From the IMG/VR virus record IMGVR_UViG_3300045988_162372: a stretch of 64,000 nucleotides of DNA, one strand, 5' to 3'. The DNA comes from a virus. Positions 1 through 9,565 of the stretch are shown here, piece by piece. A model generated the notes under the pieces. The model was not told where the DNA came from, searched no databases, and saw only the letters and a list, made by a program, of their open reading frames with translations. A program made the position numbers and the translations under genes. The first letter of the stretch is position 1. Each line of letters begins with the position of its first letter.

Positions 1-1042
1 TATAATCATTAAATTCATCCTGTTCCTTGTTGTTCATAATTTCATCTACCATATTAGCCAACAATCTTTCACCATTTTTTGTTCCTAGAAATACTTCTTG
101 TAAGAATTCATTAAATTCATAACAATGTTTTAATGCAAGCTGCATAAAGAAGAAATTAACACCTACGTCATACACATCAGCATTTATCTTTTCAAACATT
201 GCTGTAATCCTCTTCCACAACGGTATTCCAATTCTTATATCCCAATTCTCAGCCAATTTAAAATCTGATTTTTTGAGGATATATTCAGCCTTTTCTTTTT
301 CTTCTGGTAAACCATGACTGATAGCAAGCTCTAATAGACCCTTGATTGTTTCACAGAACAAAATAGGGAACATAATTCCTTTTGCTTCTATTGTCACCAT
401 ATTCTCTTGGGATTGTATATATACATCCACATTTCCACCTTCAGTATTTTCGTTTTGGTTTAAAGTATCCTTTTCTGAATATAGCAGAATATCATTATAC
501 TTCATTATTTTATTATATAATGATGGTAGGTCTGGATTTATCTTATACAAACTCGAAAGATATATTTCGATGTCTTCAGATATGACAACTGATGCTCCGC
601 TTATTAAAGCATTAAGCATTCTTCTTTTATATATTTCATCTGTAAGATTTTTCATGTCATCAATACTGTCAAACGAGAAATCAAGAGTTTCTTCTGGCAC
701 TAATCTTTGTTGTTTTATATCAATTCCATTGACTATATTAGCCTGAATGTCTATTGTGTCCTGTGGGACAGGCATTATTCTGTTTATCACCTCTATACAA
801 AGATTCTCCAATGCAGGAATACTATTTGCTTCGTTCTTCCTACACGATGTAATCAACATAGGTAATTCGTTTTTTACAGTTTCAATACTTCCAATGCCAT
901 CTGTTAAGTCAGTATATTCCTTATTGATTAATTTGAATAAGAACTTGCTTTCATCTTCAGGTGGCAATGCAGGGGAATCACCTATTGATGTTTCATTTTT
1001 ATTGATCGCATCAACAATATGTTTTGGTAGTTCTAAACTCAT
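1..1042 (-). CDS. hypothetical protein; its 3' end runs off the window, so it is absent from the supplied ORF track
   Basis: Codon-by-codon check of the minus frame from ATG 1040-1042 (MSLELPKHIVDAINKNETSIG...) finds no stop down to position 2. Its ATG overlaps the upstream stop as ATGA. The + ORFs at 342-1055 are its antisense shadows. Confidence 0.6.
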   Translation of the reverse strand, partial: MSLELPKHIVDAINKNETSIGDSPALPPEDESKFLFKLINKEYTDLTDGIGSIETVKNELPMLITSCRKNEANSIPALENLCIEVINRIMPVPQDTIDIQANIVNGIDIKQQRLVPEETLDFSFDSIDDMKNLTDEIYKRRMLNALISGASVVISEDIEIYLSSLYKINPDLPSLYNKIMKYNDILLYSEKDTLNQNENTEGGNVDVYIQSQENMVTIEAKGIMFPILFCETIKGLLELAISHGLPEEKEKAEYILKKSDFKLAENWDIRIGIPLWKRITAMFEKINADVYDVGVNFFFMQLALKHCYEFNEFLQEVFLGTKNGERLLANMVDEIMNNKEQDEFNDY

Positions 1043-1353
1043 AATATTTTTTTAAGGTTATATCTTTTTATGACTTCCGCAAAGTTCATCAATTCAGAAT
1101 TTGCTTTTTTATTTTCTATGATATATTTTCTTTTTAGTTCACCAATACTAATCAGTTTACTTTCATTAGTGTCTTTTGCGTCTATTTCAATGGTTGCATC
1201 ATTCAAATTAACACCGCTTTTTAATGCTTGTTGCTTGGAAGTATCAATAGCTTTTTTAACATCCCCGTTAGCGGCTTGTACATCAGCTTTTAGCGTTACA
1301 CCTTCTTTCAAAGCTGATTTATATTGTTCTTCTGTAATCTTAAATTGTTTCAT
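1039..1353 (-). CDS. small protein with an N-terminal KITEEQY leader motif
   Basis: Track ORF 1039..1359 starts at TTG; the first ATG at 1353 gives MKQFKITEEQYKSALKEG. It is translationally coupled to the next gene. Confidence 0.6.
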   Translation of the reverse strand: MKQFKITEEQYKSALKEGVTLKADVQAANGDVKKAIDTSKQQALKSGVNLNDATIEIDAKDTNESKLISIGELKRKYIIENKKANSELMNFAEVIKRYNLKKIL

Positions 1354-1395
1354 AATCAAGAAATAATATATAAATAAATAGGTTATTTCATAAGA

Positions 1396-1426
1396 AAAAG
1401 CCTCTTTAAATTATAAAGAGGCTTTT
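1396..1426 (-). terminator. intrinsic terminator hairpin
   Basis: aaaagcctcttta/taaagaggctttt forms a 13-bp stem with a 5-nt loop. It has U-runs on both strands and sits between two minus-strand genes. Confidence 0.6.
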
Positions 1427-1444
1427 ATATATTATTAATTTATA

Positions 1445-2080
1445 TCATTTGAATTTAGGTGAAGTAAAAGGTTTTTTCAAATAACCTATACTTGTTATCG
1501 GCTTATCTATCTTTTGTTTTTCGTCATCAGAATGGGAAATTATATCTTGAAAAATCTCATTTATTTTATTTCTCTTTATACTTTCATTCTGATTCACGTC
1601 ATCTTGTGATATATCTTCTTCATTTCCGTTCATTTCGTCTGAGTTCAAATTAGGATTTTCATAATCATCTTCAGTTTCATCGGATTTTATTTTTGAAAGA
1701 ACATCTGTTATGTCTTTATTGCTTAATCCTTTTACCGCTTGTTTGTTAATCATCCCCATAACATATTTACTCAAATCGACATCAGGAGAAGGCAGTTCTT
1801 CATTGTAAGAACGTAAAGATTGACTTAATTTGCCTGCAAGTTGTTGTATATACCTTTTAGGGTCACTTTCTTCATCGGCTTCCACACCTGCGTCAAAATC
1901 AGCTTGATAAGGATTTTGTTCCATTCCTTCATCTCCCATTATTTCTTCCTCACCTGCATTCATATCTCCCATACCTTGATTTGCAACTGGTTCTTGTTGC
2001 GCCATCATATCATCCATTGCAGGTTCTGGTGTATTAACCTTTATCACCTTTCTTTCTTCTACTTCACTTGCTTCACTCAA
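1445..2080 (-). CDS. acidic D/E-rich protein; start uncertain (TTG at 2080, first ATG at 2017); possibly a frameshift extension of the upstream gene
   Basis: 211-aa ORF in the -1 frame relative to 2077..3600. It has no ATG at its 5' end and is preceded by an A10 tract. Confidence 0.5.
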   Translation of the reverse strand: MSEASEVEERKVIKVNTPEPAMDDMMAQQEPVANQGMGDMNAGEEEIMGDEGMEQNPYQADFDAGVEADEESDPKRYIQQLAGKLSQSLRSYNEELPSPDVDLSKYVMGMINKQAVKGLSNKDITDVLSKIKSDETEDDYENPNLNSDEMNGNEEDISQDDVNQNESIKRNKINEIFQDIISHSDDEKQKIDKPITSIGYLKKPFTSPKFK

Positions 2081-3600
2081 CTTTTTTTTTTCGCACCAAA
2101 ATGAGCGAGAACAGCATCAGCAATCAAATCAACGATTTTATCTGTATAAGGAGCGTTAGAACCTATCTGTTTTCCATAAGGTTCTTCACCTTGTGCAGAC
2201 TCATCATCCCATTCATGACCGATTTTTGACACTTCCTTGTTGGGTGGTGTTGTCATTGCCTGTTTCTGATATGCAGGATGTTTCCCAAAATCATTTAAGA
2301 CCATTGTAGATTCATTGCAATTTCTTTTCTTAGATTCTCCATATAAATCCTCATCGTCAGCAAACCCCCATTCTTCATCGTCGGGAATTCTGTCAAATTC
2401 ATAGTCAGCAGGGCTGTACGCCGTACTTTCTGGGTCTAATCTTGGGTCATCTATATGTGGAAAACCTGCATCAGGGAATGGAAGTTCTTCATCATCAATC
2501 TCGAAGCTATATTCATCATCTTCGTCTGGCATACCCGCAACATCATTAACATCAATGTTTTCCTCATTTACGGAAGGATTTTCTTCAAAAGGTTGCCCAT
2601 CGCCAATTTCGCCGTTACCAGGAGTCGGGCAATTTTGATTATCTGAATTATGAACCACATCGCACCCTTCTTCTACTTTTTGGCAATCTCCACATTCAGC
2701 ATACGGCGCAGTATCGCCTATTTCAGTTCCATGAGATTTATCCATATAATCAGCACTTCCATTCCAAGCCAATACTTGTTCTTCAGTTACCTTGATACGA
2801 ATAGGTTTCTTTTTGGATTCATTCATTTTTACGGCATTAGCACCACTAGGACGTTTGTCTGCTACTGAATTATCGGGAACATATTTTGCCTTGTCAGTAT
2901 ATACTTCGCCTTTTTCTCCTTTCTCATTTTTATCTGATTGCATATCAGCATCAGTCGCTTTTCCATCCTTATCATAAGGTTTTCCTGCCTTCTCATGATC
3001 TGAGAGTTCTTTCTTGAAATCCTTATCACCACTAGCCACAGCAGTATCAGTATAAGGGCTATTCACTTGTTTATCTGAAGGATTCTTCGCAGGTGCTTCT
3101 GGAAGAGTGTGTTTCATTGTGAAACTTTTTTCAGAATGTTCTTCATTAAGCAGAGCGTCAACATTTCTTGTAATTTGATTGAAACGTTCAATTTCTGCCC
3201 TCATCTCCTTAGTTTCATTAACCTGCCAATCAGATTGCGAAGATTTCATGACATCCTCACATATTGTTTGTTTATTGGAAGTATAAGCCTCATTCAATGA
3301 CATCATCTTCAAATCAAACTGCTTTGATGCCAAAGCGTAAGTGGGATATTCATATTCTTTTTTATTGTTAATACCTCCAATATAATTGTAATCTTCTGCT
3401 AATGGTTCTGTATCTTTAGGGGGTGCAACTTTAATATAAAATTTATTACACTCTCTAATAATGCCGTATGTTTTCCCATCAGCACCTTTCATATGGTATT
3501 CCAATATTGGTTTGTTGCTAACCGTTGAAACTGTATTGCTATTACCGAAATTAATCAGTTTTTGCATCAACTCTAACTCTTTATCTGCAATATTGCTCAT
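2077..3600 (-). CDS. large acidic hypothetical protein
   Basis: 507-aa ORF with an ATG start and a D/E/P-rich C-terminal half. It carries an internal IRIKVTEEQVLAW copy of the leader motif. Confidence 0.75.
   Translation of the reverse strand: MSNIADKELELMQKLINFGNSNTVSTVSNKPILEYHMKGADGKTYGIIRECNKFYIKVAPPKDTEPLAEDYNYIGGINNKKEYEYPTYALASKQFDLKMMSLNEAYTSNKQTICEDVMKSSQSDWQVNETKEMRAEIERFNQITRNVDALLNEEHSEKSFTMKHTLPEAPAKNPSDKQVNSPYTDTAVASGDKDFKKELSDHEKAGKPYDKDGKATDADMQSDKNEKGEKGEVYTDKAKYVPDNSVADKRPSGANAVKMNESKKKPIRIKVTEEQVLAWNGSADYMDKSHGTEIGDTAPYAECGDCQKVEEGCDVVHNSDNQNCPTPGNGEIGDGQPFEENPSVNEENIDVNDVAGMPDEDDEYSFEIDDEELPFPDAGFPHIDDPRLDPESTAYSPADYEFDRIPDDEEWGFADDEDLYGESKKRNCNESTMVLNDFGKHPAYQKQAMTTPPNKEVSKIGHEWDDESAQGEEPYGKQIGSNAPYTDKIVDLIADAVLAHFGAKKKS
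2082..2091 (-). other. A10 homopolymer (T10 on the + strand) at a gene junction; candidate slippage site
   Basis: The minus strand reads GCG AAA AAA AAA AGT TGA. A -1 shift, or one extra A in the mRNA, reads AAG TTG AGT GAA into ORF 1445..2080. Confidence 0.4.
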
Positions 3601-3660
3601 TATATTCTTTAATAAACTATAGTTATTTTAATTATAAATAGTTTCAAAATTCGTTATTTA

Positions 3661-5922
3661 TCAACTAATGGTCTTGCTTTTATTATATGTATTATTTATA
3701 ATGTCCCATATCTTATCAAGATAACCCATTCTTCTGATTATCTTGTAAATAACATTTCCGCTTCCCATTTCACCAGAACGCTTAAGACTCTCTTTCCGTA
3801 TTCCTTTTATTTTATCCAATAGTTTTTTAACATTCTTACCTATCATATCTATCTTATGGTTATCTGTTTCTTTTTTTAGGTCTTTTTCGTAACTGTCTAT
3901 CAGTGTCATAAACTTAGCTGCCTGTTCTTTGACATAGACTTCATTTATCTTAGCATCATCAATGTTTTTTGGTTCTTTAATCCATTCATTCTTGTCAAGC
4001 GAATAGACACCACCCGCCTCTAATTTATCGTCTTTATCTTGAACATATAATTCAACAGGAAAACCGTATATTGTTAAATCTTCATGGTCTCGTTTCCATA
4101 GTTCCTTTTTACTGTTAAAATAATCTTCTACAAATTCTTTTTTCTTGTATATCTTGCTGAAGTCTATAATGATATGCACATCAATGTCAGAATATTTAGA
4201 CCAATTATAATTTGCAATAGAACCTGTAAGAATTATATCCTCTGGTTTCACCCATCTTACAGAAAGTTCGTCTATAAAATCATCAGCTATGTCAAGAAGT
4301 CTTAATCGTACCCGTGAATTAAGTTTATCATTAACCCATATCTTAGGATTAAGTTCATCTTGTACTTCAAACGATTTCAAACTTATGTCAGAGCTTGACA
4401 CTTCATTTATTCTATTAACTGATTCAAGCACCCCTTGTTGGCGTAGATAATCTTCTCCAACAGTCTGACGCAGTATTTGTAATATAACAACATCATCCAC
4501 CCTATATTCTCCGATTTGATTAAGCAGTTTGTTATGCTCCCCTATATAGTTTGCAAAATCATATATATCACCATTACATTTCTTTAATATATTGCTGAAT
4601 GTTTCTTGATTATACCAATCTAGTTCTTCAATTCTAAAATTCCTACCTTGAATACTAACAGAACTATCACGGGAGGTTACTTCGCCCCCATTCATGAATT
4701 CAAATGTATGATTTTCAAATTCAGATTTATCAACTTCAATAGAAAATACAACGCCTCTTGCAAAATTATCTTTGAAAGATGTGAAAAACCAGTTAACTCC
4801 ATAAGTCTCCCCAGTCCTTTTTCCATGACGAGCATTTATTTCTCCATCAAGCAATATATCTTCCAACGCAAATATATCAGTTCCATGATATAGTCTTATT
4901 TTTTGTGGAAGACTATCATAATTTTCAGGTTTCCATTCATTTATATGTTGCACAGATTCATTTGTCGGATTGGATAATATATTCATTATTTCTTGTTTTG
5001 TATGAAAAATGGGGTTTTCTTCTTTGTCAAACAAATAAACACCTTCAATAGCATTAGGCATTACAATACCCCTATACCCTATTTTTGGAAATTTTGTACC
5101 ATATCTCTTACTATTTTGCGCAATCTCGCCTTTAAATGCATTCCAATAAGGTTTGGAAGACGTATAAGGATCATCTTTTCCTGGATATGTAAATTCCTTA
5201 ACAAAGTCAAAGTCAAGTACAACTTTATTCTTATCTATATGGTCTGAATTAATTTTCAAAACCGCCATAGGTGATTTTTTATCATCATTATACATGCCAG
5301 CGTAAGATTTAGCAATAGCGAAATCAGATGTAAGGAAAACAAATCCGTCATTTTTTGCATTAAAAATTGAATTGTCTTGCATTTTTCTAAGACCTTTGGT
5401 TAAAATGCCATATAAATGCTTCATAACAGTACCATGATATAATGGATTGGCGATTTGGATTGTATGCGGATTTTTTACTGTATCATTAATTGTTACAGCC
5501 TTACCATTTACAATAATTTTATCAAATGCCTTTGATTGTTCACTTTGTAGGAATTGCTTAAATTCAGGTGATGCTGTTACATTATATGATGTATTTTCAA
5601 TATCTAAACTCAAGCCATCATCATCATAATCAACCATACCTATTATGACTTTGGGAAAACTAATGAAATAATCATATATTGCATTAATAACATCTCCACT
5701 ATTATGGAATTCATTTTTTAATGCCCCATCATTATAAAAGAAATGTTCTTTTACAGATGGAAAAGCATCGCATAATTCTTTAATCAAACGCATTAAAGTA
5801 TTACTATATCCGTCTTCCTCATTCAAAATATACACATTTCCTTTGAAGATGACTACCATATCATCAACATCCAAAGCATTGAAGTTACCATTTACATATC
5901 TTAATTCGCAAATATCAGCCAT
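3661..5922 (-). CDS. multidomain (polyvalent-type) protein: two ART-like LYHGT modules plus a C-terminal pol-beta-type nucleotidyltransferase
   Basis: Contains LYHGTVMKHLYG...GFVFLTSD and RLYHGTDIFALE...VNWFFTS. The C-terminus has TGSIANYNWSKYSDIDVHII, which fits the GS-x10-DxD NTase signature. Confidence 0.8.
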   Translation of the reverse strand: MADICELRYVNGNFNALDVDDMVVIFKGNVYILNEEDGYSNTLMRLIKELCDAFPSVKEHFFYNDGALKNEFHNSGDVINAIYDYFISFPKVIIGMVDYDDDGLSLDIENTSYNVTASPEFKQFLQSEQSKAFDKIIVNGKAVTINDTVKNPHTIQIANPLYHGTVMKHLYGILTKGLRKMQDNSIFNAKNDGFVFLTSDFAIAKSYAGMYNDDKKSPMAVLKINSDHIDKNKVVLDFDFVKEFTYPGKDDPYTSSKPYWNAFKGEIAQNSKRYGTKFPKIGYRGIVMPNAIEGVYLFDKEENPIFHTKQEIMNILSNPTNESVQHINEWKPENYDSLPQKIRLYHGTDIFALEDILLDGEINARHGKRTGETYGVNWFFTSFKDNFARGVVFSIEVDKSEFENHTFEFMNGGEVTSRDSSVSIQGRNFRIEELDWYNQETFSNILKKCNGDIYDFANYIGEHNKLLNQIGEYRVDDVVILQILRQTVGEDYLRQQGVLESVNRINEVSSSDISLKSFEVQDELNPKIWVNDKLNSRVRLRLLDIADDFIDELSVRWVKPEDIILTGSIANYNWSKYSDIDVHIIIDFSKIYKKKEFVEDYFNSKKELWKRDHEDLTIYGFPVELYVQDKDDKLEAGGVYSLDKNEWIKEPKNIDDAKINEVYVKEQAAKFMTLIDSYEKDLKKETDNHKIDMIGKNVKKLLDKIKGIRKESLKRSGEMGSGNVIYKIIRRMGYLDKIWDIINNTYNKSKTIS

Positions 5923-5958
5923 ATTTAATCTTTTTAATATAAAATAAATAGCAAAAAA

Positions 5959-5990
5959 TTTGGCTATATCAACAATAAGTCATATCTTTG
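5959..5990 (+). promoter_or_regulatory. Bacteroides-type promoter
   Basis: TTTG at 5959-5962, a 20-nt spacer, then TATCTTTG at 5983-5990. It lies 30 nt upstream of the clpX-like ATG. Confidence 0.7.
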
Positions 5991-6019
5991 CAACATCAAA
6001 GCACTAAAAAATATTATAT

Positions 6020-7141
6020 ATGCAAAAAGAAAATACAGTTACAGAAAATGCAAAGGAAATAAAAGACGTTTTGCCAAAGGTAGGATTAACTCCTAAGCAG
6101 CTTCATGACCAGCTTAATGAATACATCATTGGTCAGGATGAAGCAAAGAAAACTCTATGTGTTGGGATGTATAATCATTGGAAAAGAGTTTTAATGAATA
6201 AAATGGGACTAACCATTGATAACGAAACTTTGAAAGATGTAAATATAGAAAAATCAAATATACTGCTACTTGGTAATACAGGTACAGGAAAAACTTATAT
6301 TATTAAAACTCTTGCGAAAATGTTGGGTTTGCCTTGCTATATTGGTGACGCAACTAGACTTACTAGTGCAGGGTATGTAGGTGATGACATAGAAACTGTT
6401 ATCACTGGGCTTTTACAAGAATGCAATTACAATGTGCAAGCTGCTGAAATGGGAATTATTTGTATTGACGAAGCAGATAAGCTATCACGAAAAGGAGATA
6501 ATCCTTCTCTGACAAGAGATGTTGGTGGTGAAAGTGTGCAACAAGGAATCCTAAAGATTGTAGAAGGTGGCGTTGTAGGTGTACCTCCCTTTGGTGGTAG
6601 AAAACATCCTGAACAACCGTTGCTTTATGTTGATACAACAAATATTCTTTTCATTTTTATGGGAGCTTTTGAAGGATTGGATAAGATTATATCTAAACGT
6701 TGTAATACTTGTCGTATTGGTTTTAATCAGCAACCTACAGTAAAGAATACGGAAGATATAATGAACAATGTAACGCCAGAAGATTTGAAGAAATATGGAT
6801 TTATCCCAGAATTGATAGGTCGTTTCCCAATCATTACATCAACCAAAGATTTAACTAAAAAAGATTTAGTCAGAATTTTGAAAGAACCTAAAAATGCGAT
6901 TATTAAACAATATCAAAAGCTATTAGCCCTTGATGATATTACATTGAATTTTTTAGACAAGGCACTTGAAAAGATTGCTGAATATGCATTGGAAACAAAA
7001 ACTGGTGCAAGAGGGTTGAAAAGAATTATGGAACAAGTATTGAACAATGTTATGTACGATTTTTCTGATTATAAAGGAAAGACTATTACCATAGATACAA
7101 AATATGTTGTCAATACTCTAAAATATAAAAAAGCTGCTTAA
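6020..7141 (+). CDS. clpX: ClpX-like AAA+ unfoldase lacking the N-terminal zinc-binding domain
   Basis: Motifs seen: IIGQDEAKKTL, Walker A GNTGTGKT, pore loop GYVG, Walker B ICIDEADK, GGRKH loop, IGF tripeptide (CRIGFNQ) and sensor GARGLKR. There is no Cys cluster at the N-terminus. Confidence 0.9.
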   Translation: MQKENTVTENAKEIKDVLPKVGLTPKQLHDQLNEYIIGQDEAKKTLCVGMYNHWKRVLMNKMGLTIDNETLKDVNIEKSNILLLGNTGTGKTYIIKTLAKMLGLPCYIGDATRLTSAGYVGDDIETVITGLLQECNYNVQAAEMGIICIDEADKLSRKGDNPSLTRDVGGESVQQGILKIVEGGVVGVPPFGGRKHPEQPLLYVDTTNILFIFMGAFEGLDKIISKRCNTCRIGFNQQPTVKNTEDIMNNVTPEDLKKYGFIPELIGRFPIITSTKDLTKKDLVRILKEPKNAIIKQYQKLLALDDITLNFLDKALEKIAEYALETKTGARGLKRIMEQVLNNVMYDFSDYKGKTITIDTKYVVNTLKYKKAA

Positions 7142-7239
7142 CAGCAACTACCATAAGGCTTCATATCTCAGCAATCATCTATGTGTAGTGCATAGCAGCT
7201 TTATAATTAAATATCATAAAGGAATACAAAGTTATATAA

Positions 7240-7662
7240 ATGAATAATAAAGACAGAAAAGTTAAACAAGTAATAGTTATCAGGAAAGATTTGAAAATGA
7301 GAACTGGCAAAGCAATAGCACAAGGTTCTCATGCATCATTAGGTGCATTGCTTACTGTGTTTGATAAAATGGAATATCCAGATGATAGGGTTAAATATAC
7401 TCTATCCTTTAATAAGGATTCTGTATTGGATAAATGGCTTAATGGCATATTTACCAAAATATGTGTTTATGTCAATAGTGAAAAAGAATTGGATGAATTA
7501 TATAATAATATAAAAAGTAACTCCCCACAAATACCTTGTGTACTTATTGAAGATGTGGGTTTAACAGAGTTTCATAACGTTAAAACGAAAACTTGTATAG
7601 GTATAGGCCCTTGGTGGAATGATGAAATTGATGAATATACAAAAAATTTACCACTTCTTTAA
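7240..7662 (+). CDS. pth2: peptidyl-tRNA hydrolase, PTH2 family
   Basis: KQVIVIRKDLKMRTGKAIAQGSHASLGA matches the PTH2 core (VVRxDLxMxxGKxxAQxxHA). Its 140-aa size is typical for the family. Confidence 0.8.
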   Translation: MNNKDRKVKQVIVIRKDLKMRTGKAIAQGSHASLGALLTVFDKMEYPDDRVKYTLSFNKDSVLDKWLNGIFTKICVYVNSEKELDELYNNIKSNSPQIPCVLIEDVGLTEFHNVKTKTCIGIGPWWNDEIDEYTKNLPLL

Positions 7663-7704
7663 AAATAAGCGATATTTATCGCAAATTATTATATATTTTT
7701 AATC

Positions 7705-8040
7705 ATGAATAAACTTAAATTAGATAATATCATTGAAGATGGTAAATATAAAGGGAAAAAGGTTTCAGAATTAGCTTTAAATAAAAAAGTAATTTTTGAA
7801 CTATTAAAGAATGGATATAATTTCGATGATGAAGTGTTGCTGCAAGCAGGTATAAAGAAAACTGTTAGGGACATTAGAACAAGGACTGAGGTTGTAGAAC
7901 ATGAAAAAGATACAAAAGTATATCCAAAAGAGACTGCGAGCATTTCAAAAATATTGAAAGATTTGGAAACTGTCGTTAATCAAAGTCAATACTATGATAG
8001 CAACAGTGACGGGGTTTTAAAAGATTTATCAGATGAATAG
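7705..8040 (+). CDS. hypothetical protein
   Basis: 111-aa ORF with an ATG start, on the same strand as its operon neighbours. Confidence 0.55.
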   Translation: MNKLKLDNIIEDGKYKGKKVSELALNKKVIFELLKNGYNFDDEVLLQAGIKKTVRDIRTRTEVVEHEKDTKVYPKETASISKILKDLETVVNQSQYYDSNSDGVLKDLSDE

Positions 8041-8057
8041 TATAAGAAAGGAAATAT

Positions 8058-8987
8058 ATGGCTAATAATATTATAGGATTTGCTGGTAGGGCAAGAAGCG
8101 GAAAATCAACTTTAGCTCAAGTATTACATAATGAAGAAGGATATCAAATATTGACAATTGCAAATTATTTAAAAAAACTATGTTGTAAATTGTTGGGGGA
8201 TATATCCTTAACTCAATTAAATGAGTTAAAAAACAATGATACTGATATCACTAACCTATTAAAGATTGATGATAATTTCATACACATCATCAATGAAGCA
8301 ACTGGCATAGGTTATGAAGTGATTAAAAATGAATTGATTAATTTACCTTACGGAATTCCAACTGTAAGGGCAATGCTTCAAATTGTAGGAACTGATATTA
8401 TCAGAAAATATTACCCTGATTGGCATATTATCCAATTGGTTAATGAAATAGAAAGTTTACCAGATGATGTAAACATTGTAGTTGATGATGTACGTTTTCC
8501 AAATGAAAGAAAGGAAATAGAAAGATTGGGAGGTATTGTTATTTTTATTATGCGACCTACAATGCTTTCAATGGTTTATAATCATCCTTCTGAAATAAGT
8601 CTTCAATGGTTTAACTTCATGGAAAAAAGGATTATTATTAACTATTCAAATCAATATGAATTTATTAGTAATTTTCTTGAAATGAAAACAAATGATTTCA
8701 GAAGAATGCCTTTAAGACAAGAGAAATATTTAGAAAGTGTAAAGGGTATAAATCATTTGTATGGACTACAATATACAGACATTGAATTACTGAATCATAT
8801 TGTAAGTAATTTAACAGAAAATAATCTAATAAATAAACCTAGTTATTATCCGTATATATCTTTGACATGTAGTAACAGTTTTCAAAAGACAATAATAGCT
8901 ATGGAAGCCAATATCAAACATGGTGGAGAAAATAAAATTGATATTCTAGATCCATTTATAATTGAAAATTTAAAATTATATTTATAA
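8058..8987 (+). CDS. P-loop deoxynucleoside-monophosphate-kinase-like protein with a C-terminal extension
   Basis: GFAGRARSGKST P-loop, LQIVGTDIIRKYYPDW and VVDDVRFPNERKEIERLGG resemble phage T5-type dNMP kinases. Confidence 0.7.
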   Translation: MANNIIGFAGRARSGKSTLAQVLHNEEGYQILTIANYLKKLCCKLLGDISLTQLNELKNNDTDITNLLKIDDNFIHIINEATGIGYEVIKNELINLPYGIPTVRAMLQIVGTDIIRKYYPDWHIIQLVNEIESLPDDVNIVVDDVRFPNERKEIERLGGIVIFIMRPTMLSMVYNHPSEISLQWFNFMEKRIIINYSNQYEFISNFLEMKTNDFRRMPLRQEKYLESVKGINHLYGLQYTDIELLNHIVSNLTENNLINKPSYYPYISLTCSNSFQKTIIAMEANIKHGGENKIDILDPFIIENLKLYL

Positions 8988-8998
8988 ACAGAACAATT

Positions 8999-9565
8999 AT
9001 GAAAAATTTTCCAGTAAAAGTAGACGGTAAAGAATATTGGATTTCACGTTCAATAGCAGTATGTGTGTTTGTATTTAAAATAAAAGGCAATAAACTGTAT
9101 GCCTTAATTGAACGCAGAGGAAAAGGTGCTGCTGATGAACAAGGAAAGCTATGCACCTGCTCAGGGTATCTAGACTTCAACGAATGTGATAGAGAAGCTA
9201 CCACAAGAGAATTAATGGAAGAGTGTGGGTTTATTGCAAAAGAAGAACGTTTACAATTTATGTATATCAATTCAGACCCCAAAGCGGATAAAAGACAGAA
9301 TGTAACAATACATTATGTTTATTTTGCGAAAGGTAACGAAGACTTTAATGAGAAGAAAGCTATTGGGGGAGAAGTAGATGAGGTTGCCGATGTAAAATGG
9401 ATGGAGATCGGAAATTTTGATAAAGATAAGGTGCTATATGTTAATATTTATGATATAATGGCTGAAGATTGGGCATTTAATCATGACCATATCATGATAG
9501 ACCATTTATCTAAATTCTTTAAACTGAAATATAATGGGCAAGAAAAAGAAAAAGAATCTGATTGA
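8999..9565 (+). CDS. Nudix hydrolase
   Basis: Nudix box: SGYLDFNECDREATTRELMEECGF (Gx5Ex7REUxEExGU). Confidence 0.85.
   Translation: MKNFPVKVDGKEYWISRSIAVCVFVFKIKGNKLYALIERRGKGAADEQGKLCTCSGYLDFNECDREATTRELMEECGFIAKEERLQFMYINSDPKADKRQNVTIHYVYFAKGNEDFNEKKAIGGEVDEVADVKWMEIGNFDKDKVLYVNIYDIMAEDWAFNHDHIMIDHLSKFFKLKYNGQEKEKESD

Noticed and set aside
342-1366. The + strand ORFs 342..746, 382..585, 747..1055 and 1070..1366.
   Set aside because: They are antisense to continuous minus-strand genes (1..1042 and 1039..1353). Their translations are low-complexity and F/I/L/S-rich, as expected for shadows of AT-rich coding DNA.
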